Shown here: piece after piece, positions 11,325 to 23,930 of the stretch
Numbering within the stretch: the first letter of the stretch is position 1
How the letters are laid out: every line of letters begins with the position of its first letter
Assembly: GCF_006345805.1 (NCBI RefSeq)
Contig: NC_042997.1
Coordinates: forward strand, 103,416,001 to 103,480,000
Length of the DNA: 64,000 nt
From: Octopus sinensis
Taxonomy: Eukaryota
Direction of reading: 5' to 3'
Notes under the pieces: model-generated
Seen by the model: the letters and a program-made list of their open reading frames with translations, nothing else
What the model was told of the DNA's origin: nothing
Databases searched by the model: none
Made by a program: the position numbers and the translations under genes

Positions 11325-12208
11325 CGAGTACCCAAAAGAAACCGGAAGTTTGCAATATTATTTCATTTACTTTGTTTTACATCTTTACACTTTTATCGCC
11401 TTCAGCGTATTCTCCATTCTAAGCAATGCATCTGTTTAGGCGCGTTTTCCACTATTCGAAACAGTGCTAGACCTCTTGTGAAGTGATGCCTTTTAACATC
11501 TCCGTGTTTTTTTTTTTTTTTCTTTTTTCTCTTTTTTTTTTTTGTTGTCACCTCTTCCACGTCTGAAAATTCCGTAGCACCAGCTTTTGTCACCAGTGCT
11601 GATCTTCGAAAGAAGGTTCGGATCAACTTCCAACTATTCTTTCAGCTCACGAAACGCATTCAGTCGTGACTACTTTTGATCTTCCGTGAGCAAGTGAGAC
11701 ACAAATTTTGCTGCAACTCTTTTCATTTGCAATTCCTCGCTCAAAATTCGTTGGCAAGAGCTCCACTACACGGTCCTCCAAGATTTGTTCATGAATTTTC
11801 ATGATATTTTCATTCGTTCGGGAGGTCGACAGTCGTCCTGAACGAGGTAAGTCATTAAGCGACAAGTGACCATTCCTAAAGCATGGAAACCACTCGTAAA
11901 CTCGTGTTTTTTCTCATGGCAGTGTCCATGTAAGCTATTTGAAGCATGACAACTGTTTCGGCCGTTAGTTTCCCCGGCAGAAAACAGAATTTCACGGAAA
12001 CTCGCTGTCCTTCGTTTTATTCATTGCAAAAATTGACGAACAGGGGAGAAGCACTGCAAAACAAAGATGCACCAGTACGACCTCAGACGACGACGCTGAT
12101 AGGTAGACTGATGCTTGAGGGTCGTATCAAGGGTCTTCCAACGGCGGAAGCCTGAACTACCACGTGCTTGTCCCACAGAGAACGTTTCCGGTTACTTTTG
12201 GGTACTTA
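11325..12208 (-). mobile_element. Internally deleted mariner-type element
   Basis: Inverted termini (C)GAGTACCCAAAAG(A/T)AACCGGAA at both ends, TA on the left flank; minus-strand peptide NDLPRSGRLSTSRTNENI..IHEQILEDR (mariner HTH linker). Confidence 0.78.
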
Positions 12209-13154
12209 CTAACCCGTTTTCTCCTCTAACTGGTTTGTAACATATTTTAACAGCTTATCATTACAACGATTTCAAAAACAACACAACCTTCTTTACCATA
12301 CATTAAGTAATACAGTCAATTGTATTTACATAAGCGTATCATTTGTTTCTATATTTTATCAATAGTGATCTGTATTAAAATCAAGCACAATGTGATTTAC
12401 ACACAGGAATATGAGGTTGATTACTAGATACATAAATTATCTCAAGTGGAATGCACTCTTCATATTGTAATATAACAATTTCTAATACAGGCAGAAGGAA
12501 CAAATTTGTAGAGCAGTGATTTGGTAGATTATGATTGGTTGATATTTTATCTTTGTCCACTGTTCTCTATTACGTCATAATATGACAATAACTTAACGAA
12601 TACTAACATATTTGGTTTTTCAATGGCAACCTTCTTCGTTATGTAAAACCATTTAACGACAATATTGATAATGATAAGAGTATCATGGTAATGTGATTAT
12701 GTCATTGTCCGTCAATAGGACTCTATACAATTAATTGGTATAATCGAGAACTTTGGATAGTGATCATTCTAAGATTAGATAAACCAAATATTTTAAATAA
12801 CATACAATTAAATTTTAATATGTGTGCGTGCGTGCGTGCGTGCTTGAGTGTGTATAAAATATTTTTTATCGTTAATCCAATAATATATATTTCGCCTATG
12901 GTTCATCACTTATTCTAAATTGCAGGACATAGCTTCTTTTAGAGCATGTCACCCCACGGAGTATATATATGTATATATTTTAAAAAAATATTTTTACTTG
13001 TCTCAGTCATTTGACTGCGGCCATGCTGAAGCACCACCTTAAAGGGTTTTATCCGAAGAAATCAACCCCAGGATTTATTTGTTAACCCTAGTACTTATTC
13101 TGTCAGGCACTTTTGCTGAACAGATACAAACACATTGATATATACATACATATG

Positions 13155-13205
<51 letters not shown>

Positions 13206-13350
13206 ATGTTGACATAAGTTCCTTGCTTTTCCTGATGAGAAAGCGGCATAATGTACTCCTTATTCCTTCGCAATTAGGAATATGCAGCCTTCGAAACATA
13301 TGTCGAAAATAAAGGAATTTTGTTAATTCGTCGTTCAGCTCCATTCTTTC

Positions 13351-13745
<395 letters not shown>

Positions 13746-13767
13746 TTCTCTCTCTATATATATAGGA

Positions 13768-14215
13768 GCAAAACGCCCCTCGTCCAATGGACGGTGCTGA
13801 GTTGTCAAACATTTAAACCAAATTTTCTCAAAGCAACTTTTCCGACCGTCCCATAGGCCTTCCCTTTGAGAAACACTGATTTAACCTAAATTTGAGACAC
13901 CAGCAAAAGAAGAAATAAAGATAGACTACTTTTCTATTCCAAAGAAAAACGATTTTATTCACACAAATATGCAACCGAAGAGTTTAAAGTACCAGTAAGT
14001 ACATCGCAACAGCTGATGTACTTGCGCGTACAAATGCACGTTCCCACGGCTTAATCGATCGCATTCTCACCTGGAATAGATTTTTGTAATTTTTTCAAGA
14101 CTTATACACACCCTGATACCGTCGGTATCTACATATCAAATTTGAGCACAATCAGATGGAGGGTGCCCGAGATCCTAGAAGACACATACACAGACAAACA
14201 GAACGGATTTTATAT

Positions 14216-14217
<2 letters not shown>
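13768..14217 (-). mobile_element. Non-autonomous Helentron/DINE-like element
   Basis: Sub-terminal hairpin CGTCCAATGGACG and internal ACAC/AGAC repeat; a second copy in opposite orientation lies at ~46720-47235. Superfamily assignment is inference. Confidence 0.5.
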
Positions 14218-14263
<46 letters not shown>

Positions 14264-15019
14264 ATATATGACGATGATGATGAAGATACAATTGTGGTAC
14301 GATTCTTTCTTTTTTGTTGTGCAGATAAATGGACTTGGGGGATTTGTGATTTAAACGTCCCTTACTTGATCTCTTTACGGAGCCCGATTCCGACAGAAGA
14401 GAGAAACATTGGAGAATTTGATTCAGTACTTAAACTAGTAGTTTATTCATCGATTCCAAAGAGAATGGTGAAATCAACTACTGTGGTATTCGAATTCAGA
14501 AGCCAGAGGGCCAGAAAAAAACCCCAGAAAAACATCAGCTATTCAATCCTATATTCTACCGACTCTACCAGTTCGGTGCCTTGCCTCCGATAACCAATGA
14601 ATATTCTTCAGTGCATTACTGTTATCTAATCTAGCGTTCCCAGAATAACCAAAAGGAAACATGACTCCCGCAGAATGTCACTTCACAATGTTAACTAAGA
14701 AACTAAATGCAGTTATACTTTTAGTCTTGCATTCTACCATTTTTGTGGAGTCAGCATCTAAATAACAGTAATGATTTCGAACAGACGCATGGCTACGAAA
14801 TTTTGGTGGACATAGCCGTTAATTGAATTGAACTCGCTAATTGACTGGTACCTATTATATTGACCTCAAAGGAAATGAAAAGTAAAGTCTACCTTTGTCA
14901 ACACGTGACGTCACTGACAACGACGGTGACATCGGCGATGACAACGGCAACGATGACAACAACGATGGCGATGAGGATAATGATGATGATGATGATGATG
15001 ATGTTGATGATGATGATAT

Positions 15020-15053
<34 letters not shown>

Positions 15054-15863
15054 CGACGACGACGACGACGACGGTGAGTTTTTAATGTATTTATCATTCT
15101 TTACAGGTTATAAAGTGACCGTGATGACCTTCATAAGTTTTGGATTTAACAAAACGCTGAAACCGGCTGGCATGTTTTTTGCTGCTCGTGAAGACGAAAT
15201 ACGGGGGAAGCGAGAAATGAACAAACAGTAAGGGTAGGAAACAAAAAATTTCAAGAATTTTATTTGCAGTGACCATATCCGGATCAAACCGGAACTTCTA
15301 TCGACCGTTTCAACAAATTGCATTTTTTCCCCTTTTCTTCTAGTTCTTTTTGCATGTCTTTTACTCGTCTTCTCCCCCTCAACAGGTTTTCTGGCCAACC
15401 TATGAATCAGACAAGACTTAAAATGGAATTTTACAGGTGCTGTTTCTTTTTCTTTTCTTTTTCTATGTAATTGCCATTGTTTGATAAAGGCTTTACCCGC
15501 GCGATTACCAAAACACCTTGGCGCAAAGTTTTCACAAGGTGTATTCGAACTGGTATTACAAGATAGTAATATAAGACGTGATGTTATTTGTTCTGTGCTG
15601 TTATTTCCCTTTTTTTTTTGCATAAAAAAATATTTTCCTTCAAGTTATCCGTATTTTCTTACACTTATTGCTATTAATGTTCATGTTGTTAAGAAAACTA
15701 CTCTTCTTCAAGTTCTTAATTCTATTCCTTTACGGTATAACACGAAACGAAACAAGAATATATTTTTAAAAAACTGAAACCGTAAAATGTATATTATATC
15801 TTTAGCATATCATATATTGTTATCAGCGTACGCTCCGGATAAGCATATCTACCATGCAGTTTG

Positions 15864-16295
15864 GGGATCTTTTCGGTTTGAACGGCAGTTTTTCTAGCGA
15901 TGTCATATGAAATTGTCACCCATAATTATGACCCTAGTATCGATCCATTACATTTCAATCTGTTTTAGGGTTAAGGTTAGTTAGAGTTAGGGTTAGGGGT
16001 GGGGGGAAGAGTATCTTTTTTTCTTCACAAATGTAAATAAACCCAATCTGTTTTTAAACGAAGGACATATTCATACGGCACAGAATGCTTTTTACCTCAA
16101 TAGATGTCATTGATTGGTTGAAATTACAGAAATTGAAGAAAAAACAACAAATAGCTTACAAACTATAGAATTTTCTCAATAAAGCCAAGAGAAAAGGATG
16201 TTTTATAAACATATTCTACCAGTATACGAAATTTAAAAGTGTTTAGTTACGTGGAAATTATTTTAAAAAACTGCCGTTAAAACCGAAAAGATCCC
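15864..16295. mobile_element. MITE, same family as 6103-6936 (uninterrupted copy)
   Basis: TIRs GGGATCTTTTCGGTTTGAACGGCAG.../...CTGCCGTTAAAACCGAAAAGATCCC; degenerate TTAGGG tract ~15965-15998. Confidence 0.87.
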
Positions 16296-16514
16296 AGTTT
16301 TGATTCTTGCTTGACACAGTAAGCTCTAACTTCCTTTTCTCCTTCCACTAAAGAAAAGGATATTTAAAACTAATTAAGATATTAGCGCCAAGATTAATTG
16401 AAATAACTCCTTGCTTATTTCGAATCTCATTTAAATAATTTCACTTAACGTCGTCCACAAATTCAGGCAAATCATCAACGTCACAATATTTGCTTTCTAT
16501 TAATACTTCGCTAG

Positions 16515-16953
16515 GGCAGCGAGCTGGCAGAATCGTTAGCACGCCTGGCGAAATACTTTGCTGTATTTCGTCTGCCGCTACGTTCTGAGTTCAAATTCCG
16601 CCGAGGTTGACTTTGCCTTTCATCCTCTCGGGGTCGATTAAATAAGTACCAGTTACGCACTGGGGTCGATATAATCGACTTAATCCGTTTGTCTGTCCTT
16701 GTTTGTCTCCTCTATGTTTAGCCCCTTGTGGGCAATAAAGAAATAAGAAACGTTAGCACACTGGGCGAAATGCTTAGCGATATTTCGTCTGCCGCTACGT
16801 TCTGAGTTCAAATTCCGCCGAGGTCGACTTTGCCTTTCATCCTTTCGGGGTCGATTAAATAAGTACCAGTTACGCACTGGGGTTGATATAATCGACTTAA
16901 TCCGTTTGTCTGTCCTTGTTTGTCCCCTCTATGTTTAGCCTCCTGTGGGAAAT
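16515..16953 (+). mobile_element. Tandem dimer of SINE A
   Basis: Full copy followed immediately by a 5'-truncated copy beginning GAAACGTTAGCAC (~16747). Confidence 0.85.
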
Positions 16954-17776
16954 AGGTACCTTCTTTCTACTTTGCTCAAAATTTATCATTTTGAGCCTAT
17001 GCTCAGAAGTCAGCATTGGCATTTTTCATATTGAAACAAACCCATCTTTTCTATCAGTTATTATTATTGTTGTGTAGTGTCAATTTACATAAGGTTGAGC
17101 AGATCTAAAAAGTGTGCCAGCTTTAAAGATCCAGTCTATATTTTTAGACACTGACTTTGTCCTGTTTAGAGACAATAAGGTGTGATATGAGCAAGATTTT
17201 GCCTTTATCTGGAGCGGATCAGGCGTTCACGTATAGTCTTCCTCATTTTCTTCTAGAGCTATATGGTTAAATGAAATTCCAACTCTGGAACTAAATGAAC
17301 ATACTGTGCCCTCTTCTTTCTATCATCCCACAACTGTACGGAAACTAATTTTGGATCTGTTATATAGATAGAGGGCCATGAATTACAAAGGAAGAATATA
17401 ATGATGAGCATATTAAAAAGAGTGCTTCGTTCGAACTACTTTGAAATCTGAACAGAAAAAAGGTATAACTGAATACTGGATGGTAGTTTAACGGCATCTC
17501 TACCGCTCGGTGAGTCGACATATTGACAAACGACCGCTCATTTTGTAGGGAAAGAACATCATCGAATAAAGCCCCAATCCAATTTCATGCATGATAATTA
17601 TCTTATCGAATACTCTTGCTAGATTGTCACCTTTAAGGGGTCGGAGATTAGGCGATCAAATCGGCCCTAGTACTACATGTGGTACTTATTCAATCGTGAT
17701 AGTTTTACCAAAACGGTAACTTACGGAAACGCAAATAAAACGACATCGGTTTCCAAGAGATGAGAAGCAAATACAA

Positions 17777-17830
<54 letters not shown>

Positions 17831-18334
17831 GTAATTTCTCTACCTTTAGACAGAATTTTCTATAGTATGTAAACGAAAGTGCCTACACACGACGGAAAGA
17901 GGATCAGAGAAACTGTAAACCAAATCCCTTTTTTACTATCTTCATTTCTCCCTTGTTTTTCCCTCACATAATTCAATATGAGTGAAACTTTGATGATATT
18001 CATTTCTTGTCGATCACTACTAACACTAATGAGCTTTGTACATTCAAACAAATTGATGCACAGTTTTAATATTATTGACTGTTATGAACATTTAAACTTG
18101 TCAGCGTCGAAATTTTTGAACATGTTTTTCTAATTCATAATTCTAAATTTGTTATGGACATTTTAATTTGTCAACATTGAAACTTTTAAAGATGTTTTTC
18201 TAATTCATAATTTCTAATTTTCTAATTGATAAACAAAAAATATTGTTCAAACTAGTGTGGTATATATGTAAATCAATTTATTTTAAACAATTACAAGTTT
18301 TTCAAATTTAGGTACATTTTCAACAACAAATTTG

Positions 18335-18386
<52 letters not shown>

Positions 18387-18671
18387 AATATATATATATA
18401 TATTTCTTTACTACCCACAAGGGGCTAAACACAGAGGGGACAAACAAGGACAGACAAACGGATTAAGTCGATAATATAGACCCCTGTGAACTGGTACTTA
18501 ATTTATCGACCCCGAAAGGATGAAAAGCAAAGTCGACCTCGGCGGAATTTGAACTCAGAACGTAACGACAGACGAAATACGGATACGCATTTCGCCCGGC
18601 GTGCTAACGTTTCTGCCAGCTCGCCGTCTTTGTAAATATATATATATATGTGTGTGTGTATGTGTGTCCGT

Positions 18672-18873
18672 GTTTTTTGTATCGTCTTCTAAATGTTTTA
18701 CGTTCTTATCCCAGTTTGTATTTTTCTACATATAATATATATAGCGACGTCCGTACCCTCGTTGGCCTTATGTAAGTACATATTCCTGTAAATTTGGTAC
18801 GACTCTACACACTGTCTCTCTCTCTTCTACATTTCTCTGCCTTTCACACTTTGCACTCTACTTTGATCTGTCC

Positions 18874-18923
<50 letters not shown>

Positions 18924-20345
18924 CTCCTCCTTTTCTCTTTTCTTGCCTCTGATTCTTTGGTCTACCCTTTCCCCCACTCTCTCACATTTCTCTGTCTTTC
19001 TCACTTTGCACTCACAAGCCAATCCTTGGCACGCACTCTTTCTTCTCCCCTCTTTAATTCCTTCTTTCTCTCTCTTCTCCCCCTTTGTTGCCTTCGTCCC
19101 TCTTTCTCTCTCTCTCTCTTTGTTTCCTTTGCCCCCTTTCTTTTCTCTCTCTTCTCTCACGTGACCGCTGGTCAAAATCAGCTTTTTGACCTCCGACCAC
19201 TGCTGTGAGAACATCGTTGTCTTCGTCTGCCGATAAAGGCATTTTTTCCAAATACGCCAGCTAAACTTGTACTGTTTATTAGTCGTAAGACACCCGCTGT
19301 TTTTGTCCTGTTTTTACCATTATTGTTTTTTGTATTTTATATTCGTGTGGCATCGTCCGTTTTTCTGTCCCTGTTTCGTATACATTCGATCCTTCTTCCA
19401 AGAAATCTAATGCTCGTAGCTTAGGTTTTCCTTGGGGCTGGCCGGATCGGAGCGATCTCAAGATTAATCAGCCGAAATTGCTAGGATGATCCGGTTCTTG
19501 ACTGAAGATTTTTTGTATCGTCTTCTAAATGTTTTACGTTCTTGTCCCAGTTTGTATTTTTCTACATATAATATATATATATATATATATACTGTCTGGA
19601 TGTTTTGCGTTCTTGTCCCATTTTGTATTATATATATATATATAGCGGCGTATGTACACTTTGGTCTCTTATATATAAGTATATATCTATCTAAATATTG
19701 TACGACTCTATTCTTTCTTTCTATCAGCCTTTTCACGCTTATTCATTCATTCCACTCTTCGTTCTTTCGTTTTCTCACATTTCCCTACCTTATCTTCTTG
19801 CTCACTTTCCCTTCTCTTTTCACTTCACTGTGTCCTTGTCATTTATTCTCGCCCCTCCTTAATTCTTCTGTCCCTCTGCCTCTACCGCTCTCTCTTCTCT
19901 CCCCACGTGACTGGTGTTCGGCCAAGCCTGATCTTTCTTTCTTGGTTCGGCCGTCGTCCGTGCAACATCTGCATTCCTCCCTGTGCCTGTAAAATCATAT
20001 ATCCCTGCCGTAAGGCTTTATTTCCACTCACTCCAGCTTAATTTAATTCGTCCTTAGTCGAAAGACACCTGTTATGTCCTATTATTTGTATTTGTGTAAC
20101 ATTTTCTGTTTTTTTCCGTCCTTGGTTTCTTATACGTTCGCTGCTTTCTTCCAAGGAATCTAATGCTCTTGGCTTAGTTTATCCTTGGGGCTTTCCAGAT
20201 TGGAGCAAGCCAAAATTGAAAAGATAATCTGGAACTCGACTGAGGAAAGAAAACTCTGAATGACTCGTCCTTGTTTTCTCTGTATCGTCTATCTGGATGT
20301 TTTGTTGTCCCTAACTGCCTGGATGTTTTGCGTTCTTGTATTTTA
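18672..20345 (+). mobile_element. Two tandem ~830-bp units of a non-coding repeat, possibly Penelope-associated
   Basis: Direct repeats share TGTATCGTC...GTTCTTGTCCC, a CT-rich tract, ...CCAAG(G/A)AATCTAATGCTC... and GACTGA(A/G)GA motifs. Further copies at 30175-30540, 46520-46640(-) and 47440-47860(-), all bordered by (TA)n. Confidence 0.65.
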
Positions 20346-21213
20346 TATATATATATATATATATAAATGATGTGTGAAGGTGCGTGGCTTAGTGGTTAGG
20401 GGTATTCGGCTCACGATCATAAGGTCGTTAGTTCGATTCCGACTTACTATGTCCTTGAGCAAGACACTTTATTTCACATTCTTCTAGTCCCATCGACCGG
20501 CAAAAATTAGTTGTACCTAAATTCAAAGGGTTAGCTTTGTCACATTTTGTGTCACGCTGACTCACCTTGAGAACTACGTTATGGGAACGCGTGTCTGTGA
20601 AGTGCTCAACCACTTTCACGTTAGATATTACGAGCAAGCTGTTCCATTGATCGGATCAACTGGAATACTCGTCGACATAACCGATGGAGTGCTAGTTATG
20701 AATGTATACTGACATGTGTATGTGTGTGTGAACAAACAAGTCCCTTTCATGGTAGCTTGACATGTTAGGAATACCAATCAATTCTGCCTTATAGTATACA
20801 TTTCTACCTTCTTTTACAAGAAACTGGAATTACAGGACATCTTTGCTAGTTATAGCATATATTAGTTTCAAATTTTGGCGCAAAGCCAACAATTTTGTGG
20901 GAGAGTGCAAGCCAATTACATCGCCCTCAGTGCTCAGCTGGTATTTACTTTGTCGACCCCTAAAAGGATGACAATCAACGTCGACCCCGGTGGCATTTCA
21001 ACTCAGAATATGAAGTCAGAAGACATAACGCTAAGTAATTCTTCTGGTGAGGTAGCAATTCTGCCAGCTCGCTGATTGTAATATAGTACATATTGAAGCA
21101 CAACTTAAAAAATGTTGCCTCTGACCTTTAACGGTATTTCTCTCCTCCTACACTACAATTCCATCGAAGTGTGCTTCAAGTAATATAGATATATATATAT
21201 GTATGTATATATG

Positions 21214-21282
<69 letters not shown>

Positions 21283-21408
21283 GTATATATATATGTATAT
21301 GTATGTATATGTGTGTGTGTGTGCGTGTGTGTGTATATATATATGTACACACACACACACATATCCCTTCATCTTTCTGTATTCGTGTCTGTCCGTCTCT
21401 CTCTCTCA

Positions 21409-21474
<66 letters not shown>

Positions 21475-22206
21475 AGTTCGTATTCATTTTCCTTTTCTTT
21501 TTTTCCTGCTTCCCTGACGTGTTTCGTATTTTCTCTTTCGACTTTCTTTTCTCCTCCACCATCCTCTCTTTCTCTCTCTCTCCCCACCCATTTCTCTCTC
21601 GTCTCTGAACTGTACTTTCTCCCTTGCGTGTACGCTCGCTCTTGTACGCAGACTCACACTTACTTGCGCGTAACACATACACAAACCCTCACAGACTTAC
21701 ACACAAACAGACTCGCGTGCGCGCCAAAAACTTGCACGTTCACGCTTTCCCCACTTTTTGTCCTTTTTCTAATTTTCATTCGTCTTTTCTCTATCACGAT
21801 TTCTCTTACTCGTTCCCTCTTTCCTTCTTCCTTCTCTCTTTCTTCTCTCTTTCTTCCCATCTCTCTCTCTCTGCTCCCATAACTCACTTCCTACAGCAAA
21901 CTTTTTTCTATGATTCTCCTCAAGCGGAGTCAAGTTTCAAGAGCATTCTTTGTAACGGGATATTACATGGCAAGCGAACAGTTGTATTGATTCATAAACA
22001 ATAAATCGGTCATTCCTTTTTGCTGTTGTTACAGATTCATTTGTGCTATTTCTGTTTGATGAATTTGAGATGAAGCTTTGGCTCCTTCCTTTATCATTCG
22101 ATTCGCCTTGAAATTGGAAGCCATTTTTGTCTCGACGGTCGTCCGTAGTAACTTATCCTGTTTGTGCGTGTGTGTGTGTGTGTATGTATGTATATATATA
22201 TATATA

Positions 22207-22504
22207 TCTTTATATATAAAAGTGAAGTTGTGTGTCTGTCTCCTACGATTTAGATTCCTAACTACTCCCACATTTTGCGGTGCAGTTTAACCAAAAGCGG
22301 ATATCTTATAGTCGTGATTCATATCGAGCCCTCCTGGGTATTAGCGCGCGTCTACAATGAGTCTACGATTTAAAAAAAAAATTACCATCATTTTTTCCCA
22401 TTTTTAATGCATTTTTTGCTATTATATAAGGGAAGTAACTCTTTAAAACTGCTTATATAGTTATTTCCCTTACAAACTCGAGCAACGCCGGGCGATACTG
22501 CTAG
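22207..22504 (+). mobile_element. Non-autonomous Helitron
   Basis: A|TC start, 3' hairpin (C/T)CGAGCAACGCCGGG, CTAG|T end; near-identical family member at 41590-41986. Confidence 0.8.
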
Positions 22505-22866
22505 TATATATATAAAGCTGAAGTTGTCTGTGTATGGCAGGTTTGGTAGCCTTCAACTGACACAATCTCCTCCGAGACCCTGCGGCGCAAGTTGACCAAA
22601 ATTGAGAGTATGATAGAAGAAGACTTGCTCTTCCTTCCGTAGAAGAAAAAAATTCAAATCAGACCATATTAACACCAAAAATCATTTACATCAAAAAGAT
22701 GCTTTTTTTTTTCTATGAAAATGCCTATTTCTTACGATTTTTTGACTGCTGTGTCGCCATTTTTCGGTATATTTCAACCAGCTACATAATGCAAAATTTT
22801 TACTTTTCAAAAAGTCCAATTCTAAAAGGTCGAAACAAACCCGAGCAAAACCGGGCGATACTGCTA

Positions 22867-22867
<1 letters not shown>
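22505..22867 (+). mobile_element. Second non-autonomous Helitron family, directly tandem to the first
   Basis: Same 3' hairpin plus CTAG but a different body; another copy at 25037-25412 lacks the final CTAG. Confidence 0.75.
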
Positions 22868-22900
<33 letters not shown>

Positions 22901-22989
22901 AAGAGCTTTGTTGTGTAAGGTCAGAAAAATGCGAGATGATATAAAGTAAGCTACAAAAAGAAAACAAAACTAAGTCGTAAATTTTATCT

Positions 22990-23930
22990 TATAATTCTGT
23001 ATTTTGAGGCTATGGTCCCTTCTTCAGGAATAGGAAAAATCGTTATTGAGATGTGTAGGGAGCAAGAAGGAAGGAGAAAGGAGGAAGGTGGCATGCGCAG
23101 ACTGTTGTTGTTATAGCAACCAGTCTTCTGCATGTTGTTCCTTCTTGTTGTTTATAGCTGGTCTGAGTTTGTTGATAAGTACCTCCATGATTCTGAGATT
23201 GCTCCTGTTGCGTTTGTGGCCCTGATGGGCACCTTGAAATCCTATGTCTGGCACCTCTTTTGGTATTTTTTTTATTGAAGTATCTATGGGCTTATGTTCT
23301 TTTATTTGAACGTGGAATTTCCTGGAGCTGCTCCCAATGTAGGATGCATCACATTTACTGCTGACTACTTCCTATACCACATAGGCATTCGGGCACGTTT
23401 TGAAGTCGTTGATAGAGCGATTAGATAGTTTTCAACCCACGATGCTATTTGTGGAATTATTTCTAGACAGAAATTTTCTCAGGAATAGACTGATGTGCAC
23501 CACCTGTATGTGGAATTCCTCCCTGCGGATCGCAAGTTGTATAGCCGCAATGGTTTTGTCATTAAAATAATTTAAGGAAGAACATATATATCATTTAGTA
23601 AACCCCAAAAACCCCTGGCCCATACTTAAAATCACACCTACTATCTCGGGAATTGACGGTCCCTTTAATAAAATTTCTTGCCTTCTTTCTAAACTCTTCA
23701 AACCCTTACTACACACATCGACAAGCTCCAACGAATAGCGACCTCACTTAGAAATAATTAACAACCTTTCAGCTTGATACACTATACTAAAAGTCCTGAA
23801 GAATGGATCATAGCTCCGAAATATAGGAATAGAAGATAATACAACTTTTCTTTTCACCCTCTGACTAAATTTGGATCGGTTGAGTCATCTGGCACTATAT
23901 ACTTATTCTTGAAAAGCTTTCATTGTTAAT
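22990..23930 (-). mobile_element. Degraded Penelope-like element (GIY-YIG endonuclease region)
   Basis: Minus-strand translation NAYVV*EVVSSKCDASYIGSSSRKFHVQIKEH (GIY-YIG motif, ~23260-23390); degenerate CTGAAGA..AAAA hammerhead-like motif at 23001-23027 downstream. Confidence 0.72.

Noticed and set aside
21148-21882. Many long ORFs (up to 227 aa) rich in YI/VC/LS; likewise at 30462-30845, 44805-45712 and 46074-46447
   Set aside because: Translations of (TA)n, (TG)n, (TATG)n and (CT)n microsatellites, which lack stops in some frames.
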